Below, piece after piece: positions 49,313 to 58,879 of a stretch of 64,000 nucleotides of DNA. The stretch comes from an uncultured delta proteobacterium. Lineage in GTDB: Bacteria > Myxococcota_A > UBA9160 > SMWR01. The stretch is from positions 96,001-160,000 of the forward strand of contig CAWHTE010000004.1 of the NCBI GenBank assembly GCA_963832165.1, read 5' to 3'. Under the pieces are notes generated by a model. That model had not been told where the DNA came from. It ran no database searches and saw only the letters and a list, made by a program, of their open reading frames with translations. A program made the translations under genes and the position numbers. The stretch's first letter is position 1, and each line of letters begins with the position of its first letter.

Positions 49313-50488
49313 TCAGTACGTGATGCCCGCGCCGGCCGCCTGCGCACGCACGGCCTCGAGCACTTTTGCGTCGAATCCGTCGCCCTTGCCGGACTTCGCG
49401 CGGCGATCGCTCTCTTCCGAGACGTACTTGTCGCGATCGGAGGACAGGCGGTCGATGCGCGCCTGGATCTCCTGGCGCTGTTCGAGCTTCTCCTTCACGA
49501 ACTCCTCGCGCGCCGCGGGCGCCATCGCGCGCAGCGAGGCCGGCAGCTCGGGCTCGGCGACCTCGGAGAGCTTCTTTCCCGATGCGATCGCGTCGAGCAG
49601 GTCGGCGCGGCCCGCGTTGAGCCGCCCGCCGATCTTCGAGAGGAAGCCGAGCCGCGACGCCACGGCCGAGGGGCTCGCGGCCGCCGCGCGGTCGCGCTTC
49701 GCCTCGAGCTCGGCCTGCTCGCTCTGCGCGCCGTAGGGCACGAGCGTGCTCGCGAGGTCGCGGTTCAGTGACGAGAGCTCCTCGTCCATCGGCGTGGTGA
49801 GCGCGAGCATGCCGCCGTCCTGCCGGATCGCCGCAAACGTGCCGCCTCCGGTCGACGCGATCTTCTGCCAGATCGGGGTGGTCTCGGCGGAGTCGCCGCA
49901 CTGCACCGCGTTGACCACGATGCCGCGCTGCCGTGCGCGCGAGACGCTGTCGCCGAACGCCACGTCGCCTTGATAGTCGAGGTGCGGCGGCGCATCGCCG
50001 ACCAGGAAGATCGCGCGGTATACGTTCGGGTCGCTCGACCAGGCGAGCTTGGTCACCGCCTCGTGCAGCGCCTGATTCACCGACTCGGGCGTATCGCCGC
50101 CGCCGTCGGCCGTGAGGCGCTGGAGGTCGGCATACACCGCGTCGATGTCGTCGGTGAGGTCGCGCACCTGCGTCACGTAGAGATCGCCGCGGTCGCGGTA
50201 GGCGACGAGCGCGATCCGCACCTGCGGTCTCGGCTGCCCGCTCGCGAGCTGGTTCGCGATCGACCAGATCTTGTGTTTCGCGCCCTCGATCAGCCCCGCC
50301 ATCGATCCCGTGGTGTCGAGCACGAACGCGACTTCGACGCGCGGGGCCGGCTTGGGGACGACCGCGGTCGTCTGCGCGGCGTGGTTCCGCGAGCGGCTGC
50401 CCGCGTGCGCACCCCAGGCCGTGAGCGCGAGCAGGAGGACGAGCAGGCCGACCTGGAACGGCCGCGACACTTGGATTCGTTCGAACAT
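49313..50488 (-). CDS. secreted von Willebrand factor A domain protein
   Basis: signal peptide; MIDAS-like DTTGSM, VAYRD, GGGDTPES, LVGDAPPH. Confidence 0.88.
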   Translation of the reverse strand: MFERIQVSRPFQVGLLVLLLALTAWGAHAGSRSRNHAAQTTAVVPKPAPRVEVAFVLDTTGSMAGLIEGAKHKIWSIANQLASGQPRPQVRIALVAYRDRGDLYVTQVRDLTDDIDAVYADLQRLTADGGGDTPESVNQALHEAVTKLAWSSDPNVYRAIFLVGDAPPHLDYQGDVAFGDSVSRARQRGIVVNAVQCGDSAETTPIWQKIASTGGGTFAAIRQDGGMLALTTPMDEELSSLNRDLASTLVPYGAQSEQAELEAKRDRAAAASPSAVASRLGFLSKIGGRLNAGRADLLDAIASGKKLSEVAEPELPASLRAMAPAAREEFVKEKLEQRQEIQARIDRLSSDRDKYVSEESDRRAKSGKGDGFDAKVLEAVRAQAAGAGITY

Positions 50489-50639
50489 GATGATCTCCTT
50501 GTCGAGAATTCTTGTTGGGAACTCACGAGCAGCCTAGGAGCGCGCGGGCCGGACGACCGTCAAGGCGCGGTAAAAAGGCCGGCGAATGCGTTTACCTGCG
50601 ATTTACATCTCGCATAGAATGGCGGCGGAGGCGCGCGCG

Positions 50640-51068
50640 ATGTCCAATCCCGACTGCATCTTCTGCAAGATCGTGCGCAAGGAGGCGCCTGCGCACGTGG
50701 TCTGCGAGGACGAACGCACGCTCGTGTTCATGGACATCTTCCCGGTGGCCGATGGCCACACGCTGATCATCCCCAAGGCGCATTGCGACGACATCTTTTC
50801 CGCCGATCCGGAGGATCTGCGCGCCGTGATCGACCGCTCGCGCGTGGTCGCGCACGCGATCGGCCGCGTGCTCGCGCCGGACGGCCTCGGCGTCTTCCAG
50901 CTCAACGGCGCGGCGGCGGGCCAGACCGTGTTCCACTACCACATGCACCTGATCCCGCGGAACCACGGCGCGTCGCTGCAGATCCATGGCCGCACGCCCG
51001 GCGACCCGGCCCGCCTCGCCGAGATCGCGAAGCGCCTCGCAGAGGCTGTCGCCGCGGGCCGGACCTAG
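50640..51068 (+). CDS. HIT family hydrolase
   Basis: DCIFCKIV, GHTLIIPK, AGQTVFHYHMHLIPR; GGAGG before ATG 50640. Confidence 0.93.
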   Translation: MSNPDCIFCKIVRKEAPAHVVCEDERTLVFMDIFPVADGHTLIIPKAHCDDIFSADPEDLRAVIDRSRVVAHAIGRVLAPDGLGVFQLNGAAAGQTVFHYHMHLIPRNHGASLQIHGRTPGDPARLAEIAKRLAEAVAAGRT

Positions 51069-53919
51069 CGGCCGCGCCGCCGCCGATCGAGCCACCGGAG
51101 GAGCGCGATCCCCGCACCGAGCAGCAGCCCGCGAGCGGGCTCGGGGAAGTAGTGCACGGCGAACGTGCCGGCTTGTGATCCCGTGGCGAGATCCGGGAAG
51201 CCGTCGCCGTTCAGAGCGCCCGCGACCGGAGCCGAGTCGTCGCCCACGTCTTCTCCGCTGAGCGGATTCGCAGCGCCCGTGAGCGGCGCGAGAGCCGGGC
51301 CCGTCGCGCTGCCGTGATTCTTGAAGTAGTTGAAGCTGCCGTCGCTCTCGCCCGCCACGAGGTCGAGGTCCCCGTCGCGATCGAAGTCGGCAAGCGTCGG
51401 CGTCGACGAGCTTCCCACGTCTCGACCAGCGAGCGGGTTCAGGCCGTCGATGCGCAGCAGGAAGGCCGGGCTCGTCGCTCCGCCGGTGTTCTCGAAGTAG
51501 CTGAAGACGCCGGTTGACTGGCCCACGAAGACGTCGAGGTCACCGTCGGCGTCGATGTCTCCAAACGCCGGCGCGAAGCTGTTGGTACCGACGTTGCCGA
51601 GTCCGAACGGGTTCGCGAGCGCAGCCGCGAACTGCGGGTTGATCGCATCGCCCGTGTTCGCGAAGTAGGAGAAGTCCCCCGCGAGCCGTCCTACCAGCAG
51701 ATCGAGATCGCCGTCGCCGTCTACATCGCCGAACACCGGCTTGGCTTCGTCGCCCACGTCGCGGCCGTCGAGCGGGTTTGCGGCGCCGGTCCGCCGAGGA
51801 ACGCGGGCGCGGTCGGGCTGCCGGTGTTCTCGAAGAACAGGAACGCGCCGAAGTTCTCGCCCGCGACGAGGTCGGCATCGCCGTCGCGGTCGAGGTCGGC
51901 GAGCGCGGCCCCCGCGCGGGATCCCACGTCCTGGCCGGCAAGCGGGTTCGCCGCACCGGTCAACTCGCGGGCCGGTGGCGTCTGCACGACGAAGCTCTCG
52001 AAGTAGAAGAAGACGCCGAGGCTGTTCCCCGCGACGAGGTCGAGGTCGGCGTCGCCATCGAGGTCGCCGAGCGAGGCCGCAGAGAAGGACCCCACGTCGT
52101 GACCAGCGAGAGGGTTGGTCGTGCTGGTGCGCGCAACGAACGCCGGCGCGATCGCGCTGCCCGTGTTCTCGAAATAGAACAAGGTGCCGTATTGCCCTCC
52201 GGCTACGACGTCGAGATCGCCGTCCCCGTCGAGGTCGCCAAGCGAGGGGCGCGAACTCAAGCCGACAGTCTGGCCATCGAGAGGATTGGCAGCGCCAGTG
52301 CGAGAGACGAAGCCCGGGCTCGTCGCGCTGCCGGTGTTCTCGAAATAGAAGAAGATTCCGTCCCCCGAGCCGGCGACCACGTCGAGGTCACCGTCGCCGT
52401 CGAGGTCGCCGAGGGAGGGCGTGGAGCGAATGAACACGTCTTGGCCTGCGAGAGGGTTGGCAGCACCGGTGCGCGCAAGGAACGCGGGCGCGATTACGCT
52501 GCCCGTATTCTCGAAATAGAAGAAGAGGCCGCCGGATGCGTAAGAGCAGTCGCCCGATACCAGGTCGAGGTCGCTGTCGCCATCGAGGTCACCGAAGGAG
52601 GGTGTCGAGCAGGTGACCACCTCTTGGCCGTCGAGCGGGTTGGCGAGCCCGGTCCGCGAGATGAAAACCGAGTTCGTCGCACTGCCCGTGTTCTCGAAGT
52701 AGTTGAAGACGCCGTCGGACTCGCCCGCGACCAGGTCGAGATCGCCATCCGCATCGAGGTCGCCGAGCGCGGAATGCGATTCGCCTCCCACGTCCGTGCC
52801 GTCGAGCGGGTTGGTCGCGCCGGTGCGCGGTACCAGGCGACCGCCGAGATGCTCGAAGTAGTTGAGGACGCCCTCGGACTCGCCCACGACGAGATCGGGG
52901 TCACTGTCACCGTCGAGGTCGCCGAGCGAGGGAGTCGATCGGAATCCCACGCTCTGACCGTGAAGCGGGTTGGCGGCTCCGGTGCGCGCGGCGAACGCAG
53001 GGCTCGTCGCGCTGCCGGTGTTCTCGAACAGGAAGAAGGCACCGCTGGCCGACTCGCCGGCGAGCAGGTCGAGGTCGCTGTCGCCGTCGAGATCGCCGAC
53101 CGTGGGGACTGAGTAGAACCCCACGTTCTGGCCGTTCAGCGGGTTGGCCGTGCCTGTACCCGCGACGAAAGCCGGGCTCGTCGCGCTGCCGGTGTTCTCG
53201 TAGTAGCGGAAGCCGCCGTTCTGTTCGCCCACGACCAGGTCGAGGTCACCGTCGCCGTCGAGGTCGCCCAGGGACGGAGCGGAGAGAATTCCCACGTCCT
53301 GGCCGCTCAGGGGGTTGGCCGCGCCCGTGCGCGCGAGGAAGGCAGGACTCTCCGCGCTGCCCGTGTTCTCGAAGTAGTTGAAGACGCCGTCGAACTCGCC
53401 TGCGACCAGGTCGAGGTCGCCGTCGCTGTCGAGGTCGCCGAGCGAGGGGGCCGAATCGCCGCCCACGTCCTGGCCATTGAGCGGATTGGCCGTGCCGGTG
53501 CGGTGGAGGAACGCCGGGCTCGCCGCGCTGCTCGTGTTCTCGAAGTAGTTGAAGACGCCGTCGAACTCGCCCGCGACCAGGTCGAGATCGCCGTCGCCGT
53601 CCAGGTCGCCGAGCGCCGCCGTCGAGTCGGATCCCAAATCTTGACCCGCGAGCGGGTTCGCCGCGCCGGTCTGCGCGGCGAACGGCGGCAGCTCCGCGCC
53701 GGCCGGCGTCGCCGAGAGCCCGAGCAACGCCATCGCGAGCGCCGAGGACGCGCCGACACTGCGCACGACCCACCGCAGGTAGCTCGCGTCGCGCCGGTGC
53801 CGCCGCACGAAACGCCGCGCCGCCGCGCGCACCTGCTGGCGCGTTCCGGCGGATCGCGCGCTCGCCACGAGCGCACTCCCGCAGGATGCTGCCAGCCCAC
53901 CGTCCCGTCGCCGCCTCAT
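51065..53919 (-). CDS. FG-GAP/VCBS repeat surface protein with PEP-CTERM-like C-terminus; single-base frame break at about 51795
   Basis: 15 copies of about 50 aa (NPL.G.DVG..S.P.LGDLDGDGDLDLV.G...G.F.YFENTG); ends FPEPARGLLLGAGIALLRWLDRRRRGR. Confidence 0.85.
51160..53690 (-). repeat. intragenic tandem repeats of about 150 nt (15 units)
   Basis: recurring plus-strand blocks GTGTTCTCGAA(G/A)TAG and GTCGAGGTCGCCG at roughly 150-nt spacing. Confidence 0.85.
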
Positions 53920-54058
53920 GACAGCCTGAATAACCCGATTTCGCCGCGACCCCTGTGAACTGCTTCGCGGGTCGTTGCGATCACTACTAACATGCCCGGG
54001 CGGGCAGGAGATAGTGGAGTTCGCAGGTACTGGATGCGAATCCAGTTCGGCGATCGAA

Positions 54059-56302
54059 CTATCGGGCGGCTTCCACCTCGACGGGGATCCCGTTGAGTAC
54101 AGCGGTCCCCGACAGGGGGTCGAGCGCGAGCTCATCGGTCAGCACGTTGCTGTTAGTGCCTGGGCGCTGCGCGGCCACCGAGAGGTTGGTGCCGGGCTCG
54201 TCGTGGCCCCAGCCGTGCGGCAGCGATACGACGCCCGGCGCGATCCCGTCGGTGATCTCGACGGGCGCGAGTGCGGTGCCGACGCGCGACGAGATCCGCG
54301 CGACCGCGCCCGCCGCCAGCCCGCGCTCCGCAGCATCCTTGGGATGGAGCTGCAGCGTGCAGCGCGCGGGTCCCTTCGCGAGCATCGGAAGGTTGTGCAT
54401 CCACGAGTTGTTCGAGCGCACGTGGCGGCGCCCGACCAGCAGCAAGCCCGGCGCGGGGCGCGCGAGAGACTCCTCGAGCCGCTCGAGATCGGCGAGGAGC
54501 AGGTCGGGTGCGAGCTCGATCTTGCCGCTCGGCGTGCGCAGCACCTCGGGAATGCGCGGCTCGAGCGCGCCCAGATCGACGCCGTGCGGAGACGCGGCGA
54601 GCCGGTCCAGCGTCAGGCCGTCGGGCCGCGCGCCGAAGTGATCGCCGTACGGACCCGATCGGAGCCCGAGGTCGACGATGCGGTCGGGGCCGCGCCGCTT
54701 GTCGAGCGCGGCGAGGATCTCGTCCGCATCGCGCCCTTCGATCGGCGACCCCGGCGCGCGCACCGCGCCCTGGACCTGGAGCCGGATCACGAGCGCATCG
54801 AGCGCCTCGACGTCGGCCTTCGGCCCCTGACCCAGCAGCACGCCGAGCAGGCGCAGCAGCACCTCCCACTCTTCGAGCGCGCCGCGCGGCGGCTCGAACA
54901 CGGGCGGCGAATAACGCGCCCAGTTGCGCACCGAGAGCTGCGGGAACGCGATGTCGAAGTGCGACTGCTCGAGCGGCGAGAGGCCGGGCAGGATCACGTC
55001 GGCGTGGCGCGTGGTCTCGTTCAGGTAGATGTCGACGCTGACCATGAAGTCGAGCGAGGCGAGCGCGCGCGAGAGCCGTCCCGCGTTGGGTGTGCTCACG
55101 GCGGGATTTCCCGCGATCGTGATCAGTGCGCGGACCTGTCCCTCGCCGGGCGTCTCGATTTCCTCGGCCAGGCAAGCGCACGGGAACTCGCCGAGCACCT
55201 CGGGTGCGCCGCGCACGCGGCTCTTGTGGCGATGCAGGCCCACGCCCGCACCCACGCCGGGCCTCCCACGCGTGTTGGCCGCGAACGCGGCCGCTTTCGG
55301 GAACATCGCGCCGCCGGGCCGGTCGAGCTGACCCGTGAGCACGTTCAAGACGTCGACGAGCCAGCTCGCCGTGGTGCCGAACTCGGTGGTGGTGGTGCCG
55401 ATCCGGCCGTAGACGCAGCCGCCGTCCGCTGCGGCGAGCTCGCGCGCGAGCCGCCGGATCACCTCGGGCGCGACACCGCAGCGCGTCGCGACCTGCTCGG
55501 GGCCGAATGGGGCGATTGCGCGGCGCACGTCGTCGATCCCGTTCGTCCAGGGTGCGAGAGGACCCGGTCGCACGAGACCCTCTTCGAAGAGCGTATGGAC
55601 CATGCCCGCGAGCAGCAGGGCATCGGTGCCGGGCCGGATCGCGATGTGTTCGTCGGCGATCGCGGCCGTCTCGCTGCGGCGCGGATCGACCACCACGAGC
55701 CGCCCGCCGCGCTCGCGCATGCGCCGCGCGCGGCCGCGGAAGTCGGGCACCGTCCAGAGGCTCCCGTTCGAGGCCATCGGATTCGCGCCGAGCATGAGCA
55801 GGAAGCGGCTGCGGTCGATGTCGGGCACGGGAATGCTGAACGACGTGCCGAACAGCAGCGAAACCGCGACCTGCTTCGGATACTGATCGACGGTGCTCGC
55901 GCTGTAGCGGTTGCGCGAGCGGAACCCGGTCAGGAGCGCCTGGTTGTACAGGAGCAGCGACGTGCTGTGCGCGCCCGGGTTGCCGAGATAGAACGCGACG
56001 GCGTCGGGTCCGTGCTGTTCGACGATCGGGCGCAGGCCGCGGTCGATGGCCTCGAAGGCTTCGTCCCACGAGACCGGCACGTGCACGCCGTTGCGGCGCA
56101 GGAGCGGCTGGCGCAGGCGGTCTGGATCGAGATCGAGCTCGCGCAGCGCGGCGCCCTTCGGGCACACGAAGCCGTGGCTGAACGCGTCGTCCGCGTCGCC
56201 GCGGATCGAGATCACCTCGCGACCCGACACCTCGAACTCGAGACCGCACGCGGCCTCGCAGATCGTGCACTGGTGGTAGCGGATCTCGGTGTCGGGGGGC
56301 AT
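54059..56302 (-). CDS. molybdopterin-dependent oxidoreductase (DMSO reductase superfamily) with N-terminal 4Fe-4S motif
   Basis: CTICEAACG..CPKG, GANP..SNG, VVVDPRRSETA, IRPGTD, NSWMHN; GAGGAG before ATG 56302; no Tat signal. Confidence 0.9.
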   Translation of the reverse strand: MPPDTEIRYHQCTICEAACGLEFEVSGREVISIRGDADDAFSHGFVCPKGAALRELDLDPDRLRQPLLRRNGVHVPVSWDEAFEAIDRGLRPIVEQHGPDAVAFYLGNPGAHSTSLLLYNQALLTGFRSRNRYSASTVDQYPKQVAVSLLFGTSFSIPVPDIDRSRFLLMLGANPMASNGSLWTVPDFRGRARRMRERGGRLVVVDPRRSETAAIADEHIAIRPGTDALLLAGMVHTLFEEGLVRPGPLAPWTNGIDDVRRAIAPFGPEQVATRCGVAPEVIRRLARELAAADGGCVYGRIGTTTTEFGTTASWLVDVLNVLTGQLDRPGGAMFPKAAAFAANTRGRPGVGAGVGLHRHKSRVRGAPEVLGEFPCACLAEEIETPGEGQVRALITIAGNPAVSTPNAGRLSRALASLDFMVSVDIYLNETTRHADVILPGLSPLEQSHFDIAFPQLSVRNWARYSPPVFEPPRGALEEWEVLLRLLGVLLGQGPKADVEALDALVIRLQVQGAVRAPGSPIEGRDADEILAALDKRRGPDRIVDLGLRSGPYGDHFGARPDGLTLDRLAASPHGVDLGALEPRIPEVLRTPSGKIELAPDLLLADLERLEESLARPAPGLLLVGRRHVRSNNSWMHNLPMLAKGPARCTLQLHPKDAAERGLAAGAVARISSRVGTALAPVEITDGIAPGVVSLPHGWGHDEPGTNLSVAAQRPGTNSNVLTDELALDPLSGTAVLNGIPVEVEAAR

Positions 56303-56396
56303 GCGGGCTCCTCGGAGGATGACGACTGCGAAGATACGGCGTCCGGTCGGGGGTGGCTCCAGTATGCTGGACCCGCTCCGGCCGAGGAGGGTGCCC

Positions 56397-57824
56397 ATGC
56401 CGCGGATCGACGAGTACGAGGGTCAGGATGCGCTCGGGCTCGCCGCGTGGGTGCGCGCGGGCGAGGTTTCGCCGCAGGAGCTGCTCGAGGCGGCGGTGGC
56501 GCGGATCGAGGCGCGCAATCCCGCACTCAACGCGGTGGTGATCCGCGCGTTCGAGGAGGGCCGCAAGGCGATCGAGGCGGGACTGCCCGAAGGTCCGCTG
56601 CGCGGCGTGCCCTGGCTGCTCAAGGATCTCCACGCGGCCTGGAAGGGCGTGCGGCTCACGAACGGTTCGCGCTTCTTTGCCGACAACGTGTCCGACCACG
56701 ACCACGAGATCACGATCCGCTACCGGCGCGCGGGGCTCGTGCTATTCGGGCGCACCGCGTCGCCGGAGCTCGGTGGAACGTCCACCACCGAGTCGATCCT
56801 CTATGGCGAGACGCACAATCCCTGGGAGCTCTCCCATTCGTCCGGCGGCTCCTCGGGCGGCGCCGCGGCGGCTGTGGCTGCGGGGATCGTGCCCGCGGCG
56901 CACGCGACCGACGGCGGCGGATCGATTCGCATCCCCGCGTCGTGCTGCGGCCTGTTCGGGATGAAACCCACGCGCGCGCGCGTGCCGAGCGGCCCGAAGG
57001 CCGGCGAGGGGTGGAGCGGGATGAGCGTGCAACACGCAGTCTCGCGCAGCGTGCGCGACAGCGCGGCGCTGCTCGACGCCGTGCAGGGTCCTGCGACCGG
57101 CGACCCCTACTGGGCGCCGCCGCCCGCGCGACCGTTCCTCTCCGAGGTGGGATCCGACCCGGGCCGGCTCCGGATCGCGCTCCAGACGAGCGCGTTCAAC
57201 GGCGCGGAGGTCGATCCCGACTGCCTCCTGGCCGCGCGCGATGCCGCAGATCTGTGTCGCAGTCTCGGTCACGACGTGGACGAGTCGGAGCTGCTCGTCG
57301 ACCGCGAGCTGCTCGCCCGATCCGCGGGCACGATCATCGGAGCCAACCTGCGCGCCACGCTGCTCGAGCGCGCGGCCGAGCTCGGTCGCGAGGTCACCCG
57401 AGACGACGTCGAGCCGCTCAACTGGATGATCTCGGAGCAGGTCAAGCAGGCCGGCGCATCGGATTACGCCAGCGCGCTGCGCGGCATCCACCGTCTGGGA
57501 CGCGAGGTTTCCCACTTCCTCGAGCGCTACGACGTGATGCTCTCGCCGACGATGGCGACGCCGCCGCTTCCGCTCGGCCGCCTCGCGCTCACGCGCAGCG
57601 ATTTCCCAGGTCTGGTCACGGATCTCGCGCGCACGATCGGCTTCACGCAGCTCTTCAATGCGTCGGGACATCCCGCGATGTCGGTGCCGCTGTACTGGAA
57701 CGCGGCGGGCCTGCCGATCGGTGTCCAGTTCGTGGGCCGCTTTGGCGACGAAGCGTCGCTCTTCCGGCTCGCTGCGCAGCTCGAGAGTGCGCGGCCGTGG
57801 TTCCTACGACGCCCGAAGCAGTAG
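56397..57824 (+). CDS. amidase signature family protein
   Basis: [43 protein letters not shown]. Confidence 0.93.
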   Translation: MPRIDEYEGQDALGLAAWVRAGEVSPQELLEAAVARIEARNPALNAVVIRAFEEGRKAIEAGLPEGPLRGVPWLLKDLHAAWKGVRLTNGSRFFADNVSDHDHEITIRYRRAGLVLFGRTASPELGGTSTTESILYGETHNPWELSHSSGGSSGGAAAAVAAGIVPAAHATDGGGSIRIPASCCGLFGMKPTRARVPSGPKAGEGWSGMSVQHAVSRSVRDSAALLDAVQGPATGDPYWAPPPARPFLSEVGSDPGRLRIALQTSAFNGAEVDPDCLLAARDAADLCRSLGHDVDESELLVDRELLARSAGTIIGANLRATLLERAAELGREVTRDDVEPLNWMISEQVKQAGASDYASALRGIHRLGREVSHFLERYDVMLSPTMATPPLPLGRLALTRSDFPGLVTDLARTIGFTQLFNASGHPAMSVPLYWNAAGLPIGVQFVGRFGDEASLFRLAAQLESARPWFLRRPKQ

Positions 57825-58637
57825 CACCGAAACTTCGGGCGGAACGCGGAACCGGATCGGAACGATGCTCGTGCCGAGCCCCGGGCTCACGAACAGATGA
57901 CGCCCGCCCTCGACGACGTGCCCGATCGCAAAGCGATTTCCGTAGAGGGATGGCACGACGGGACGCCCGATCCACGGGAGGTACACCTGGCCGCCGTGGG
58001 TGTGACCCGCGACCGTGAGGCTCACGCGCGCGGGAACGTCGGGGAATACGTCGGGGTTGTGCGTGAATGCGAGGACCGGAGCCGAGTCCGTCACGTGCGA
58101 GAGCGCGCCCGCGACGTCGTGCTTGCTCGTGCGGTAGTCGCTGATGCCCGCGAGCCAGAAATCGCACGCGTCCGCATGGATGCGCGCTGCGGCGTCCTCG
58201 AGCACGGAGATGCCGCTCGTCTCGAGCGCGGCTCGCATGCGCGGTCCGTCGAGCCACCAATCGTGATTGCCGAGCACCGCGAAGACTCCGCGCGGCGCCG
58301 ACAGCCGCGCGAGCCCCGCGGCGATCTCCTCGGGCGGCGTGAAGCGTCCGCCGATCACGCCGTGGATCAGAAAATCTCCCGGAAGCAGGATCAGATCCGG
58401 TCGCGCACGGAGCGTGAGATCGACGATGCGCGAGAGCTTCGCTGTGCCGTTGAACGGCGAGCCGACGTGCAGGTCGGCGAGCACGGCCACGCGCAGTCCG
58501 TCGCAGCCGACCGGCCAGCCTGGAATCGCGAGCTCGTAGTCTTCGTTGCGCAGGCTCGCGGGCTCGACTCCGAATCCCCAGACGAGCGCTGCGGCCGCGG
58601 ACCACGCGAGGGCGAGCAACCCGAGCTTGACTCTCAC
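57804..58637 (-). CDS. metallophosphoesterase (YkuE/YaeI-like)
   Basis: DLH, GDF, GNHD, HNPD, GHTHGGQ motifs; N-terminal hydrophobic helix. Confidence 0.92.
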   Translation of the reverse strand: MRVKLGLLALAWSAAAALVWGFGVEPASLRNEDYELAIPGWPVGCDGLRVAVLADLHVGSPFNGTAKLSRIVDLTLRARPDLILLPGDFLIHGVIGGRFTPPEEIAAGLARLSAPRGVFAVLGNHDWWLDGPRMRAALETSGISVLEDAAARIHADACDFWLAGISDYRTSKHDVAGALSHVTDSAPVLAFTHNPDVFPDVPARVSLTVAGHTHGGQVYLPWIGRPVVPSLYGNRFAIGHVVEGGRHLFVSPGLGTSIVPIRFRVPPEVSVLLLRAS

Positions 58638-58655
58638 GCGCGCCTAGTCTACACA
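58627..58655 (+). promoter_or_regulatory. possible sigma70 promoter for the leu leader
   Basis: TTGACT, 17-nt spacer, TACACA, 9 nt before the leader ATG; -10 is imperfect. Confidence 0.4.
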
Positions 58656-58664
58656 GCGAACGTC

Positions 58665-58814
58665 ATGGTGAATCAGCGGCGCACTGCTCCTCGCCCTCAT
58701 CGACGGCCTGCTTCTTACGCAGGCGGGAGAGGGCCTGGGCGGCCGTCGCTGAACCGATTCGCCTAGTCACCACCCTCTCCCGCCGAGCCAGGCCGGAGAG
58801 GGTTTCGTGTTTCT
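58665..58814 (+). promoter_or_regulatory. leucine-responsive transcription attenuator (leader peptide, antiterminator, terminator)
   Basis: Leu-rich frame CTG CTC CTC GCC CTC..CTG CTT CTT ending TGA 58752; GGCGGGAGAGGG (58722-58733) pairs with CCCTCTCCCGCC (58773-58784), competing with ACCCTCTCC/GGAGAGGGT plus TTCGTGTTTCT. Confidence 0.8.
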
Positions 58815-58879
58815 AGACCCCGGGAAGTTCCCGGACCCCGCTCCGCGCCGCTCGGCTCGGCCGCAGCCAGGAGCGCGTC

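Noticed and set aside
51160..53690. Regularly spaced DNA repeats resembling a CRISPR array or DGR
   Set aside because: They are degenerate in-frame protein repeats of about 150 nt with no unique spacers, and no cas or reverse transcriptase gene is present
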